Assembly (NCBI GenBank): GCA_038214755.1
Contig: JBBQRQ010000017.1
Location: forward strand, 1 to 64,000
Length of the DNA: 64,000 bases
Origin: Verrucomicrobiota bacterium
GTDB lineage: Bacteria > Verrucomicrobiota > Verrucomicrobiia > Limisphaerales > CANJXF01
Direction of reading: 5' to 3'
A model generated the notes under the pieces. It worked only from the letters and a program-made list of their open reading frames with translations. It did not search any database and was not told the DNA's origin. Of this stretch, positions 38,933 through 48,746 are shown in pieces; positions within the stretch are counted from its first letter, which is position 1; each line of letters opens with the position of its first letter. The position numbers and the translations under genes are program-made.

Positions 38933-38961
38933 AATATTCAACAGAAATCTCACCCGGTCAA
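38933..38961 (-). promoter_or_regulatory. probable sigma-70 promoter of ssrA
   Basis: TTGACC-17 nt-AATATT on the minus strand, 15 nt upstream of the mature 5' end. Confidence 0.6.
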
Positions 38962-38974
38962 CCAGCGAGTTGCT

Positions 38975-39279
38975 GCCCAACCGTGAGTGGGTGTGATTAA
39001 AAGTGGGTGAGGTTGGAACCGATCTTATTTTGGACTGCGGGGACAGGTCCCCGCTTTGGCTGCACGGTGGAAAAGCCGGAAAGGTTCTTCCTTTTGCGCA
39101 CTTTCTCCATCGCGTAACGTGCAGAAAAAGCGGCCTCATGCCGCCGCAGTCCAAGAAACCAAATCCAGCCTCACCCGCTTTTAATCACACCCACCGTGGG
39201 TTGCGGCGAACTCGGCCCTCGCGCTCCGGTTGCAATCCAGGCGTCTCGCGGGCCGGGTCGTGAACTTGAGTCGTTATTC
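38975..39279 (+). other. solitary degenerate integron attC-like site interrupted by a MITE
   Basis: removing the MITE and one TSD gives GCCCAAC-CGTGG-GTTGCGGCGAACTCGGCCCTCGCG...CGCGGGCCGGGTCGTGAAC-TTGAGTC-GTTATTC. Confidence 0.55.
38989..39192. mobile_element. ~204-bp MITE copy 2
   Basis: TIRs GGGTGTGATTAAAAG / CTTTTAATCACACCC; 9-bp flanks ACCGTGAGT / ACCGTGGGT. Confidence 0.92.
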
Positions 39280-39390
39280 GGCTACTCAATTTTCGTCATT
39301 AAACCTGGGGGAGTTTGATTCCGCCAAATTTTTTCACGTCACAAATGGGAGCGGTTTCTCTCGCGCAATGCTTCCGAACAAACCCGCCCA

Positions 39391-40863
39391 TCATTCCGGC
39401 TTGGCCGAAGCGCGTTTCTTTTTTCCTTTCGGAGCGGCATCCTCTTTTCGCGCGACCGGCTTCGCGTTCACGGTTGGAAGATATTTCGCAAGACCGCTTT
39501 TAATTTTGGCGAAGTCATTGTTGCCCGCTTGATTCGTCCATTCGTTCGGATCGGCCTTCTCGTTATAAAGTTCTTCGGAACCGTCCGCGTAACGGATGTA
39601 GCGCCATTCGTCCGTGCAAATGGCGTGATTGTTTTGCAGGAAGGTTGAGATGGCGGGTTGTTTCCAATCCGTTTGCGGATTGGCTAATAACGGTTTGATG
39701 CTGACTCCCTCGACGTGAGCAGGCGTCGGGACTCCGGCCAGTTCGCAGACCGTTGGGAAAATGCTGGTCAAGTCCACGGCGGTTTCACATTGCGCGCCGG
39801 GTTTCGTGACGCCGGGCGCAACCCAGATCAGCGGGACGCGCGTCGCCTGACGCCACAACGCGGATTTTGCCCAGTGTTCTTTTTGGCCGAGATGCCAGCC
39901 GTTGTCGCCGACGAAAATGATCATCGTGTTGTCGCGTTGTTTGGATTTTTCCAACGCATCGAGCAAACGGCCAACCTGCGCGTCCATGTAGGAAATCGCC
40001 GCGAGGTATGCGCGCACGCGATCTTTCCAAACACCCGCTTTGACAATCGCCGCGTGAACACCATTCGGTTTGGCAAAAGCAATTCCAGCAGGAGAAATGT
40101 CTGCGAGATCGTTCGTCAGCACGATGGGCATCTGCACGCTGTCCAACGGATAAAGATCAAAATATTTTTTCGGCACATCCCACGGCGTATGCGGGCGATG
40201 AATTCCACAGGCCATGAAGAACGAGTCCTTCTGCTGGTCGCGCTGATTCAATTGGTCGATGCACCACGAAACGGTTTGCGCGTCCACCAATTTGCTTTCG
40301 GCGCGTTGCTCGTTGAACTCCGCGTCGGGCTTTCCTTCCGTGAACATGCGATAGCCGAAAGGCCCGGGCCGACGGGTCGCCTCGTGATTGGGCAACGTGT
40401 CGTCCTCCGCAAAAACAACTTTGTCCCAATCTTCCGCGCGATAATTTCGGTAATGATAAATCTTGCCCGCGCCGAGCGAAGTGTAACCAAACTTGCGGAG
40501 ATAATCGTTGATGGCAACGCCGCGCGGGATGTGCGGCATGGCGGGTTGATCGTTGTCGTAAATGCCGGTGGTGGATGGTCGGCGGCCCGTCATGAAGGAG
40601 GCGCGCGAGGGGTTGCAAAGTGGGGCGGGGCATTGGGCATTTCTAAAAGTCATGCCGCGCGCGGCGAGTTTGTCGAGGTTCGGCGTCCTGGCTTGCGGAT
40701 GACCTTTCATGGGGCCAATCCAATTATTCAAGTCATCGGCGATGATGAGCAGGACGTTGGGCTTGTTCGTGGAACTGGCGGCCCGCCCTGCAGACAACCC
40801 GAAAAGGCCGAATGAGAATGCGAACAGAATTCGCAGAAAATTTTTGCAGTTTTTTATTTTCAT
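39391..40863 (-). CDS. secreted formylglycine-dependent sulfatase (iduronate-2-sulfatase-like)
   Basis: PNVLLIIADDL, CNPSRASFMTG, GKIYH, RPHTPW, GDNGWHLG. Confidence 0.95.
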   Translation of the reverse strand: MKIKNCKNFLRILFAFSFGLFGLSAGRAASSTNKPNVLLIIADDLNNWIGPMKGHPQARTPNLDKLAARGMTFRNAQCPAPLCNPSRASFMTGRRPSTTGIYDNDQPAMPHIPRGVAINDYLRKFGYTSLGAGKIYHYRNYRAEDWDKVVFAEDDTLPNHEATRRPGPFGYRMFTEGKPDAEFNEQRAESKLVDAQTVSWCIDQLNQRDQQKDSFFMACGIHRPHTPWDVPKKYFDLYPLDSVQMPIVLTNDLADISPAGIAFAKPNGVHAAIVKAGVWKDRVRAYLAAISYMDAQVGRLLDALEKSKQRDNTMIIFVGDNGWHLGQKEHWAKSALWRQATRVPLIWVAPGVTKPGAQCETAVDLTSIFPTVCELAGVPTPAHVEGVSIKPLLANPQTDWKQPAISTFLQNNHAICTDEWRYIRYADGSEELYNEKADPNEWTNQAGNNDFAKIKSGLAKYLPTVNAKPVARKEDAAPKGKKKRASAKPE

Positions 40864-40952
40864 GAATTTCAGCAGATGCTCTTCGTCGGTGGATGGTTAC
40901 TAAAAGTTCGCCGGAGATATTTTTGGAATTTTGCAAATCGCGGGGCGTGTTG

Positions 40953-41156
40953 GGGTGTGATTAAAAGTGGGTGAGGTTGGAACCGGTGTTATTTTGGACT
41001 GCGGGGACACGTCCCCGCTTTGGCTGCACAGTGGAAAAGCCGGAAAGGTTCTTCATTTTGCGCACTGTCTCCATCGCGGTACGTGCAGGAAAAGCGGCGT
41101 CATGCCGCCGCAGTCCAAGAAACCAAATCCAGCCTCACCCGCTTTTAATCATACCC
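40953..41156. mobile_element. ~204-bp MITE copy 3 with a perfect 9-bp TSD
   Basis: GGCGTGTTG at both 40944-40952 and 41157-41165. Confidence 0.93.
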
Positions 41157-41295
41157 GGCGTGTTGCCCAAACCAATTGGAGCGCGGACCGCCTTGTCCGC
41201 GCGTTTCCAAATAAACAAACTCCCACAGCGTTTTCACCCCTTCAGATTCGCGCGGACAAAGCTGTCCGCGCTCCTTTCCATTTGGTCAACACGCC
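41157..41295. mobile_element. GGCGTGTTGCCCAAA-TIR element enclosing a GGAGCGCGGAC REP doublet
   Basis: GGCGTGTTGCCCAAA ... TTTGGTCAACACGCC; inner GGAGCGCGGACCGCCTTGTCCGCG / CGCGGACAAAGCTGTCCGCGCTCC. Confidence 0.8.
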
Positions 41296-41391
41296 GCGTC
41301 AGCCGCGGTCGTAGCGCAGATTTCCAATCTGCCGTATCGCAGCGCTTCCAGCCTGCGTCGCACAGGGATCGCGGGTTTGCGCATTTCCCCT

Positions 41392-42834
41392 TTACAAAAA
41401 CTTGCGATAAAACTTTTCGTATTCCTTCGTGGTTCGTTCCCAGGAAAAATCTCTTTTCATCGCGTTGCGAATGTAATGAGCCATCCATTTTTTATTTTCA
41501 TAAAGCACGAGCGCTTTACGAATACCCTTGGCCAAGGCGCGCACGGAATATTCCTGGAACTTGATTCCATCAGCCAGTTCCGTGCTTTCCGAAATGTCAG
41601 TCACGGAATCATCCAGCCCTCCGGTGGTCCGCACGATGGGAATCGTCCCGTAACGCAAGCTATACAACTGATTCAGCCCGCACGGTTCGAACTTCGATGG
41701 CATCAAAAAGAAATCACAACCCGCTTCGATGCGATGGGAAAGTCCCTGGTCGAAACCAATTCTTATGGCGGCTTTGGTGGGATAACGCAGCGCGAGTTTG
41801 CGAAAACCTTTTTCAAATTCGGATGAGCCGCTGCCGAGCAAAACGAATTGCATCTCCGCCGACAACATTTCTTCCAGCGCGCCAAGCTCGATGTCCATTC
41901 CTTTTTGGTCGGCCAGACGGGAGACCGTCCCGAAGAGAGGAATAGTGGCATCGGCGGGCAAACCCATTTCGTTTTGCAGGATCAATTTGTTGGCTGGTTT
42001 GCCGCTCAAGTTGCGAACGGAATAAGAATGTCTTAAATACGGATTGTTCTCTGTTTTCCATTCGCCGTAATCAGCGCCGTTGAGAATTCCCGTGAGCGAG
42101 GTTTGTCGCCGACGCAGGACGCCATCGAGCGCGCACCCAAATTGTTCGGTCGTGATTTCGCGGGCGTAACGAGGGCTGACCGTCGTGAGCATGTCCGCAT
42201 AGCAAATGCCGGCTTTCAAAGAATTCATGTAATCGAAAAACTCCACGCCTTCAGGATGCAGATAGCTCGCGGGCAAATTAGTGAGGGCGAATTGAGCTTT
42301 CGGAAAAACTCCTTGAAAGGCGAGGTTGTGAATCGTCAGACAACTTCGGGGAGCGTTCGTCCAGCCTCCGTGCAAACGCTCATGCAAAATGAAGAGCGGA
42401 ACCAGGGCGGTCTGCCAGTCATGAACGTGGACGAGTTCCGGTTGCCACGGAAGATAGCGCGAGAGATTGATCACGCATTTGGAAAAGAAAATAAACCGCT
42501 CGGCATTGTCGGGATACGAAATTCCATTCTCCTCGTATAACCCGGCGCGCTGAAAAAATTCCGGCTGATCGACGAAATAAAATTTCAAGCGCTCTTCCGG
42601 CGCGCAGGTGCGAACGGAAGCCTGAACGGAGCGGTCGCCCAGCGGAAGATTCAGCGTCCAATCAAATGGTTTGATTTCAGGAAACCGCTCTTGAATCCCA
42701 CGATAAAGCGGCGTGACCACTTCAACCTGATGTCCATCCCGCGCCAAAAATTTTGCCAGAGCGCCTACCATATCGGCCAGTCCGCCGGATTTGGAGTAGG
42801 GATGGACCTCGCTGCTGGCCAGCAGAATTTTCAT
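41392..42834 (-). CDS. glgA: glycogen synthase
   Basis: KSGGLADM, HVHDWQ, TIHNLAFQG, SRLADQKG, PSKFEPCGLNQ. Confidence 0.97.
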   Translation of the reverse strand: MKILLASSEVHPYSKSGGLADMVGALAKFLARDGHQVEVVTPLYRGIQERFPEIKPFDWTLNLPLGDRSVQASVRTCAPEERLKFYFVDQPEFFQRAGLYEENGISYPDNAERFIFFSKCVINLSRYLPWQPELVHVHDWQTALVPLFILHERLHGGWTNAPRSCLTIHNLAFQGVFPKAQFALTNLPASYLHPEGVEFFDYMNSLKAGICYADMLTTVSPRYAREITTEQFGCALDGVLRRRQTSLTGILNGADYGEWKTENNPYLRHSYSVRNLSGKPANKLILQNEMGLPADATIPLFGTVSRLADQKGMDIELGALEEMLSAEMQFVLLGSGSSEFEKGFRKLALRYPTKAAIRIGFDQGLSHRIEAGCDFFLMPSKFEPCGLNQLYSLRYGTIPIVRTTGGLDDSVTDISESTELADGIKFQEYSVRALAKGIRKALVLYENKKWMAHYIRNAMKRDFSWERTTKEYEKFYRKFL

Positions 42835-42850
42835 GAGCAGGACAGGGAAT

Positions 42851-42990
42851 AACCACGAATGGACACCAATGGACAGGAATTAAAACGGCCCCGAAAAAGT
42901 GAGGACAAAAAAATAATCAGGAAAAACTTTTGGTGAAGCCTGTCTCTTTCAGGAGCCACCAGTTCGTGTTCATGCGTGTTCATTCGGGGT
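42851..42990. repeat. 9-mer (CACGAATGG/ACACGAAT-type) inverted-repeat element
   Basis: AACCACGAATGGACACCAATGGACAGGAAT ... GTTCGTGTTCATGCGTGTTCATTCGGGGT. Confidence 0.7.
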
Positions 42991-43294
42991 CAAGCGAGAC
43001 TTCGCCTTCACTTAGCCGGTGAAAAAATTTGTTGTCAATGTCCCCGTTGAGATCAGCCTTGCCCCGCCGGAAAAGTGCCGGCCATGGAAATTACGTTGTC
43101 CCAAGACCTCAAACAATTTGTCGTGCATAAAGTTCGGGAAGGCGGTTATGGCAGCCCCCGTGCCTGAGGCATTGCGAGATTTTCGCTCGAAGGATGACTC
43201 TGCGGAAAATGATTCGCAGGATTGGTGGAAATACTTCGACGCCAAGAAATTATTTGCCGAAAGAATTCTGCGCGCAAAAACTTTTTCTGGCGGT

Positions 43295-44704
43295 TTAAGG
43301 TTTGTGAAAATTTCCCCTGAGAAATTCCTGCAGGGCGTTGGATTTCTCAGGATGGGCTTGTTGAAATTCCGTCAGAACTTTTTGCGCGTCCGCAGTGCGT
43401 CCGTTGCGCGTGAGCAGTTCGTAAAGTTTACCCGTTGGTTCTACCTCATCTTTGGGAGCCAATTGTTGGGCGAGGCGATAGGCGTGCTCTGCTTCGTTGC
43501 CGAGATTCTGGCTGGAGAAAAGATTTCCCTGCGCCACGATCATGTGAGCATAGGCGCGCGCCGAATCTCCGGATGCGTCGAAGTCGGGAGAAGCCGTCAG
43601 CCGATTGATTGTGTCATGCCAGTTTTTTAGCGACTCGGTGGCGAGGGTAGGCGTCAATGCGGGCGTGTCGTTCGGCGAACCAAGTTCGAGAATCGGGCCG
43701 AGCGGAACGGCTCCTTTGTAAGTCGAAGGCAACGAAAACGATTCTTCCAATGCAAAAGAGAGGTCGGGATTTTTGTCGCGAATAGATTGCAAAAGAAGGT
43801 CGTTGATTCCCATGACGGGGACTTGTCCCGAAACCTGAACCCGCCCGTTTTCATTTTTGTAATTTTCGTTTGGCCGCATCTGCTTCGGTTCGTCGGGAAA
43901 TTGTTTGTCATGTTCAAAACGTTTTTGAACATCTTCGAAATAATTATGGAAAGCGCGCTGTGATTCCTCCGAGCCAATCGCGTGAAAACGATCTCCATAA
44001 AGAAAATCGACGTACTCAAGATACGTAGTGTCGGCCAAAGGATTTTGCGTGAGGACGATGTGGTTTTCGCCGCCGGAAGTTTCGTTCAAAAAAGTGGGAA
44101 TGAATCGGCCGGGGTCAGTGCCTCCGACGTAAACCATGCCCGGCTTCAGCACACCTAAAACATTTTGTCCGTAATCGAGCAGAGCTTGTGCAGGCCACGA
44201 ATGCGCGGACTCTTGCGCGCCCCAGGTTTCCTGAACCGTCGGAAAAAGTTTTTGGAGGACTTGACGTTCTGGATCGTCGCCACCCCGCGTTCGCTTCTTC
44301 AATTCTTTGTAAAGGCGATTTATCTCCTCCCAATTACCCGCGTCTGCCGCATCGAAAAATTTTTCGAAATCAGCGGGAACCTTCACGCCCAATTTTTCGG
44401 CGTAACGATGAGCGACCGCGCGCCGATTCTTGCTGAATGCTGAAAGTCGTGCCGCAACTTTTTCTTCCGCCGTTTGTTGTGATCGAACAGCGGAGTGAGA
44501 ATCAAACCGTGGCGAATTTTTCTGCGAGGCTGAGGATGTCACGGAAGGAGGGTCTGGCGCGATTGAGGGGGCCGGTGAGGCCTTTTCGAATTTCGGCAAC
44601 AAATAAAAAAGCAGTGCCAAAACGCATCCACAAATCAGGACGAGCAGCAAAAACTTTTGCGGCCGATTTTCTTTGGAATTTTTAGGTGGCTCGTTGGTGT
44701 TCAT
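43295..44704 (-). CDS. membrane-anchored hypothetical protein with a C-terminal TPR-like region
   Basis: single TM near the N-terminus; YVGGTDPGRFIPT, LTQNPLAD..Y motifs; ATG at 44704. Confidence 0.75.
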   Translation of the reverse strand: MNTNEPPKNSKENRPQKFLLLVLICGCVLALLFYLLPKFEKASPAPSIAPDPPSVTSSASQKNSPRFDSHSAVRSQQTAEEKVAARLSAFSKNRRAVAHRYAEKLGVKVPADFEKFFDAADAGNWEEINRLYKELKKRTRGGDDPERQVLQKLFPTVQETWGAQESAHSWPAQALLDYGQNVLGVLKPGMVYVGGTDPGRFIPTFLNETSGGENHIVLTQNPLADTTYLEYVDFLYGDRFHAIGSEESQRAFHNYFEDVQKRFEHDKQFPDEPKQMRPNENYKNENGRVQVSGQVPVMGINDLLLQSIRDKNPDLSFALEESFSLPSTYKGAVPLGPILELGSPNDTPALTPTLATESLKNWHDTINRLTASPDFDASGDSARAYAHMIVAQGNLFSSQNLGNEAEHAYRLAQQLAPKDEVEPTGKLYELLTRNGRTADAQKVLTEFQQAHPEKSNALQEFLRGNFHKP

Positions 44705-44776
44705 GATTTTTGATTGGCTTCCATTGAATAGACACCGATGCGATGAGTATTTGTATAATTTTCTTAAAGAAAATTT

Positions 44777-44964
44777 CGTAACTGCCGACGTGAAGAGAAG
44801 GGCCGCTCGACAGCCACGACGCGAAAGGAGCGCCGATCTCCAGATCGGCTCGGAAGAAACTTTGCTGGCCGCGAGCCGATCAGAAGATCGGCGTTCCGGT
44901 GTCATGGTTCGGCGGATTGCGGATGAAGATGCTCGTCGTCCGCCTCCTCACGTCGGCGGTTACG
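44777..44964. repeat. GTAAC/GTAGCCGCCGACGTGAG-family doublet enclosing a GGAGCGCCGATCTCC doublet
   Basis: CGTAACTGCCGACGTGA ... CCTCACGTCGGCGGTTACG; inner doublet at 44827-44897. Confidence 0.85.
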
Positions 44965-45134
44965 GTCTTGGTCATCCCTTCCACAATAGAATCGAAATTT
45001 TTTGAACACACTTGCCGAAATTTTTTCGTTCACTTACTTTTGCCCCCCAACCCAACTATGACGCCTATCCTTTTCTCTAAACGTTTTCTCATCCGCATGT
45101 GCCCTGAACGTTCATGCCATCTCGCCGCCAATAA

Positions 45135-47042
45135 ATGGGCCAAAAATTAAAAATAAGAGGCGACGTTGAGCAGAAAACGTTACTCCGGGAATTTGCTCTC
45201 TTTGACGTTGTCGCCGAAAGCGTTTTTGCCTGGGACACACAGGGCAAGATCATTTTCTGGAATCGGAGGGCGGCATGGCAATATTGTTGGACAACAAAGG
45301 AAGCACTCGGACAAATTGCCGCTCAATTGCTGCAAACGGATTTTCCAACTTCGTTTCAAGCCATTTGGAAAGCACTTTTACGAAATGGGCGATGGCAAGG
45401 CCGGCTGACCCAGTTCACTCGCGACGGTTGGAATATTCAGGTAGCAAGCAGTTTGATCCTTCGCAGAGACCGCAAGGGAAATCCGATCGCTGTCCTGCAA
45501 ACCGATAATGACCTGATCGAGGCAAATCGAACTACAGCCAATAAAAAGAAACAATTCAGCGCGTTGGACATTTATTCGCCGGTGGGCGTCTTCCTCATAG
45601 ATCCCCAAGGACGCTGCACTTCTATGGACCGCCGTTGTCAGGCGATATGTGGCTCCACGTTTCAGGAAACTCAGGGAAAGGTCTGGTCCCGGTTTATTTT
45701 TCCACACCGGAAATCGGTAATGAAAGAGTGGAACTCCATCACTCGCAAGGTTGGGGAATATTCCAAGGTCTTCCGTCTCCGCAAAGACGGGCAAGAGCGA
45801 TGGGTGCGCATCCGTTCTACGCCTCTTTTTTCCGACAAAGGAATTGTCCGCGAGCACATTGGAACGGTCGAAAACATTACCGAGCGCCTGAACGCCCAGG
45901 AAGCGCGACAGGCCAGCGCAGCCTTCGACCGGCGAATCCTGGCCAGCAGCCCGGACTGCATTAAAGTTCTCGATCCCGAAGGGCGCCTGCTCTTCATCAA
46001 CCTCGCGGGGCAACAACTGCTGGAGATTGATGATCCTAAAAAAATAATTCACACAAAATGGATTAATTTTTGGAGAGCCGAAGAGCGCCTGTTGGCGAAA
46101 CGGGCACTCACGCTGGCGAGAAACGGAGGCATAGGCAGGTTTGAAGGTTATCGGCCCACCATGACTGGCGTCCCAAAATGGTGGGATGTCCTGGTTACGG
46201 GCATCTTCGACGCCGATGCCAAGCTGATAAACTTGTTGTCTATTTCCAGAGATATAACCGAGGGCAAGGCGGCGGTGGACGAATTAGCCGAGGCGAAAAC
46301 CGAGCTTCAGTCTTATGCCACTCAGCTCGAGATGAAGGTTCAAGAACGGACCAGCAAGTTAGTGATCGCCAACCAAAGGCAGAAATCTTTGTCGGCGCTT
46401 CTGCTCAAAGCGCACGAGATTGAAAGGGGTCGAATTGCGCGGGAATTGCACGACGAAATTGGGCAACAACTTACGGGCCTGAAGTTATTGATGGAACACT
46501 ATGCTGAGACGCCCGAGAGACCCCCGCAACAATCTTTGGCGGAAGGGCAGGCGATCATTCTCGGCCTCCTGAAACAAACCCAGGAACTGGCTCTGGAACT
46601 TCGGCCTCAGGTCGTGGATCGGCTTGGGCTCAGGGCTGGTTTACAGTGGCACATTCAACGTTACGAAGTCAGAACAGGCATACGAGTGAGGTTCAACTTC
46701 AAAGGGTTGGACGAAGACAAATTGTCCGCCGAACTGAAGATCACGGCGTTTCGTCTGATCCAGGAGGCCCTCACCAATGTGGCGCGGCATGCGGGTGTCA
46801 AAGCGGCCGCTGTGCGAATTTCCATCGTCAAAACACACCTCAGCATCCAGATTGGCGACCAGGGCCGAGGCTTTGATCGCTCGCTCGTCCTGGATAAAAT
46901 GACGATGGGCCTCGCCGTCATGCATGAACGTGTTGCGTTGACGGGAGGAACGCTGCTCATTAAAACATCACCCGGCGCGGGGACACATCTGCTTTTCGAA
47001 CTTCCGTTGAATGCGTATGCCAACCGTCGTTCTAGCCGATGA
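45135..47042 (+). CDS. cytoplasmic multi-PAS histidine kinase (HisKA_3/NarX-type)
   Basis: three PAS-like segments; ERGRIARELHDEIGQQL; FRLIQEALTNVARHA; DQGRGF. Confidence 0.92.
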   Translation: MGQKLKIRGDVEQKTLLREFALFDVVAESVFAWDTQGKIIFWNRRAAWQYCWTTKEALGQIAAQLLQTDFPTSFQAIWKALLRNGRWQGRLTQFTRDGWNIQVASSLILRRDRKGNPIAVLQTDNDLIEANRTTANKKKQFSALDIYSPVGVFLIDPQGRCTSMDRRCQAICGSTFQETQGKVWSRFIFPHRKSVMKEWNSITRKVGEYSKVFRLRKDGQERWVRIRSTPLFSDKGIVREHIGTVENITERLNAQEARQASAAFDRRILASSPDCIKVLDPEGRLLFINLAGQQLLEIDDPKKIIHTKWINFWRAEERLLAKRALTLARNGGIGRFEGYRPTMTGVPKWWDVLVTGIFDADAKLINLLSISRDITEGKAAVDELAEAKTELQSYATQLEMKVQERTSKLVIANQRQKSLSALLLKAHEIERGRIARELHDEIGQQLTGLKLLMEHYAETPERPPQQSLAEGQAIILGLLKQTQELALELRPQVVDRLGLRAGLQWHIQRYEVRTGIRVRFNFKGLDEDKLSAELKITAFRLIQEALTNVARHAGVKAAAVRISIVKTHLSIQIGDQGRGFDRSLVLDKMTMGLAVMHERVALTGGTLLIKTSPGAGTHLLFELPLNAYANRRSSR

Positions 47043-47658
47043 TCATAATTTGGTGCGGGAGGGATTGAAACTCCTTTTGGCCGCAGAGCCGGATTTGCGA
47101 TTGCTGGGCGAGGCGGGCGACGGCCTCCGTGCGGTCGAACTGGTGGAGAAACTTCGGCCCGATATTTTACTGCTCGATTTGATGATCCCCCGGCTGCACG
47201 GCCTGGAGGTTATCTCACGCTTGCGCAAAAAATCCCCCACTCGAATTATTGCCGTATCGATGCATGCGGAAGAAGTCTTTGTGGCCGATGCCTTAAAACG
47301 AGGAGCTGTCGGTTATGTCCCCAAATCCTCTCCCCGCACTGAGTTGATTGAAGCCATTCGTTCCGTCATGAAGGGCGGAATCTATCTCGCGCAGGATTTG
47401 AAGGAATCACTGATGACTTTTACTCTGCGCGATTGCCGTTATCCGGCAGCGGATAGTTTTGACAAGTTGACCCCGCGTGAGCGGCTGGTTCTGGAGTTGA
47501 CGGCGGGCGGAAAAAGCAACAGCCAGGTGGCCAAAGAGCTTTTCATCAGTCCTCGCACGGCTGAGATGCACCGAAGCAACTTAATGCGGAAGTTAACGTT
47601 GAAATCGCAGACAGACCTGGTCCGTTACGCGATTCGCAAGAAAATTATCGCTCCGTAA
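47017..47658 (+). CDS. NarL/FixJ-family response regulator
   Basis: VLADDH, LLDLMIP, LTPRE...ISPRTAEMHRSNLMRKL. Confidence 0.95.
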   Translation: MPTVVLADDHNLVREGLKLLLAAEPDLRLLGEAGDGLRAVELVEKLRPDILLLDLMIPRLHGLEVISRLRKKSPTRIIAVSMHAEEVFVADALKRGAVGYVPKSSPRTELIEAIRSVMKGGIYLAQDLKESLMTFTLRDCRYPAADSFDKLTPRERLVLELTAGGKSNSQVAKELFISPRTAEMHRSNLMRKLTLKSQTDLVRYAIRKKIIAP

Positions 47659-47825
47659 GTATTCTGCCCATGTGCAGTCGGTGAAAGCGCCTTATGGATT
47701 TTGGTGCCTTTATTTGCCACTGGGGATTTCCACTAAATCAAAAGACGTACCGGTACGGCTATCCTGCTCCGCCACTGAAGTTAAAGTTTTCAAAACTCAA
47801 ATCAGAAACCATTAAATCCAAAAAA

Positions 47826-48728
47826 ATGAACACAAAAGAATTAGAAGAAAACCTGCTCACCCACAAAACTACGCGCCGGAAAGCCTTAAGAAATTTAAGC
47901 CTCGCTGCCGTGGGTGCGGCGGCACTGCAGAAGTTTACGCCTCAAGCGCTGGCGCAAAGCGGCCCAGGTCTGGACGTGGCCATCTTAAACTTCGCGCTTA
48001 ACCTCGAATATTTGGAAGCGGAATATTATACCTATGCGGTGACCGGCGCGGGTATTCAGGCCCAGGGCGTCGCGGTCAATGGCTCCGGCACACCTGGTTC
48101 TGTCACGATCAAAGCCAATCCTGCTGTCCCCTTCGCCTCTGGTGGCATCATTCAACAATACGCAACGGAAATCGCAGCCGACGAACGTGCCCACGTCACG
48201 TTTCTACGCACGGCCTTGATGGCTGCTGGCGCGCAACCCGTGGCGCGGCCCGCCATTGATCTGCTGAACAGTTTTAACACATTGGGAGGATTGCTCGGAA
48301 TCGGAAACTTCGATCCATTTGCCAGTCAGGGGAATTTTATCTTGGGCGCATTTATTTTTGAAGACGTGGGTGTGACTGCTTTCAAGGGAGCAGCGAAATT
48401 ATTGACCAACCGCAATATCATCGAAAACGCCGCTGGCATTCTTGCCGTCGAAGCTTATCACGCGGCAAATATTCGTAATGTAATTATTCAACTCGGCCTG
48501 CAAGCCACGGCGCAAGGCATTTCTGATCTTCGCGATTCATTGGACGGGGCGGATGATCGCGATCAGGGCGTTGGAACGGTAGGCGCGGCCAACATTGTTC
48601 CGACGGACGCGAACGGCCTCGTTTACAGCCGGACGACAAGGCAGGTGCTGAACATTGTCTATGGAGGAGTGAACGCCGCCAACGGTTTGTTCTACCCGAA
48701 CGGATTGAATGGAACGATCGTGGCCTAA
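47826..48728 (+). CDS. Tat-exported ferritin-like domain protein (desiccation-related-protein type)
   Basis: TRRKAL twin-arginine signal; [42 protein letters not shown]. Confidence 0.9.
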   Translation: MNTKELEENLLTHKTTRRKALRNLSLAAVGAAALQKFTPQALAQSGPGLDVAILNFALNLEYLEAEYYTYAVTGAGIQAQGVAVNGSGTPGSVTIKANPAVPFASGGIIQQYATEIAADERAHVTFLRTALMAAGAQPVARPAIDLLNSFNTLGGLLGIGNFDPFASQGNFILGAFIFEDVGVTAFKGAAKLLTNRNIIENAAGILAVEAYHAANIRNVIIQLGLQATAQGISDLRDSLDGADDRDQGVGTVGAANIVPTDANGLVYSRTTRQVLNIVYGGVNAANGLFYPNGLNGTIVA

Positions 48729-48746
48729 ACCGAACTTACTCCGAAT

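Noticed and set aside
39003..39263. ORFs within the MITE/REP copies (also 1798-2016, 40967-41314 and the N-terminal extensions of ORFs 62436 and 44905)
   Set aside because: They are translations of repeat DNA, the frames are not conserved between copies, and better downstream starts exist
43012..43245. Short minus-strand ORF upstream of glgA
   Set aside because: No recognisable motif; it could be a gene remnant but this cannot be supported
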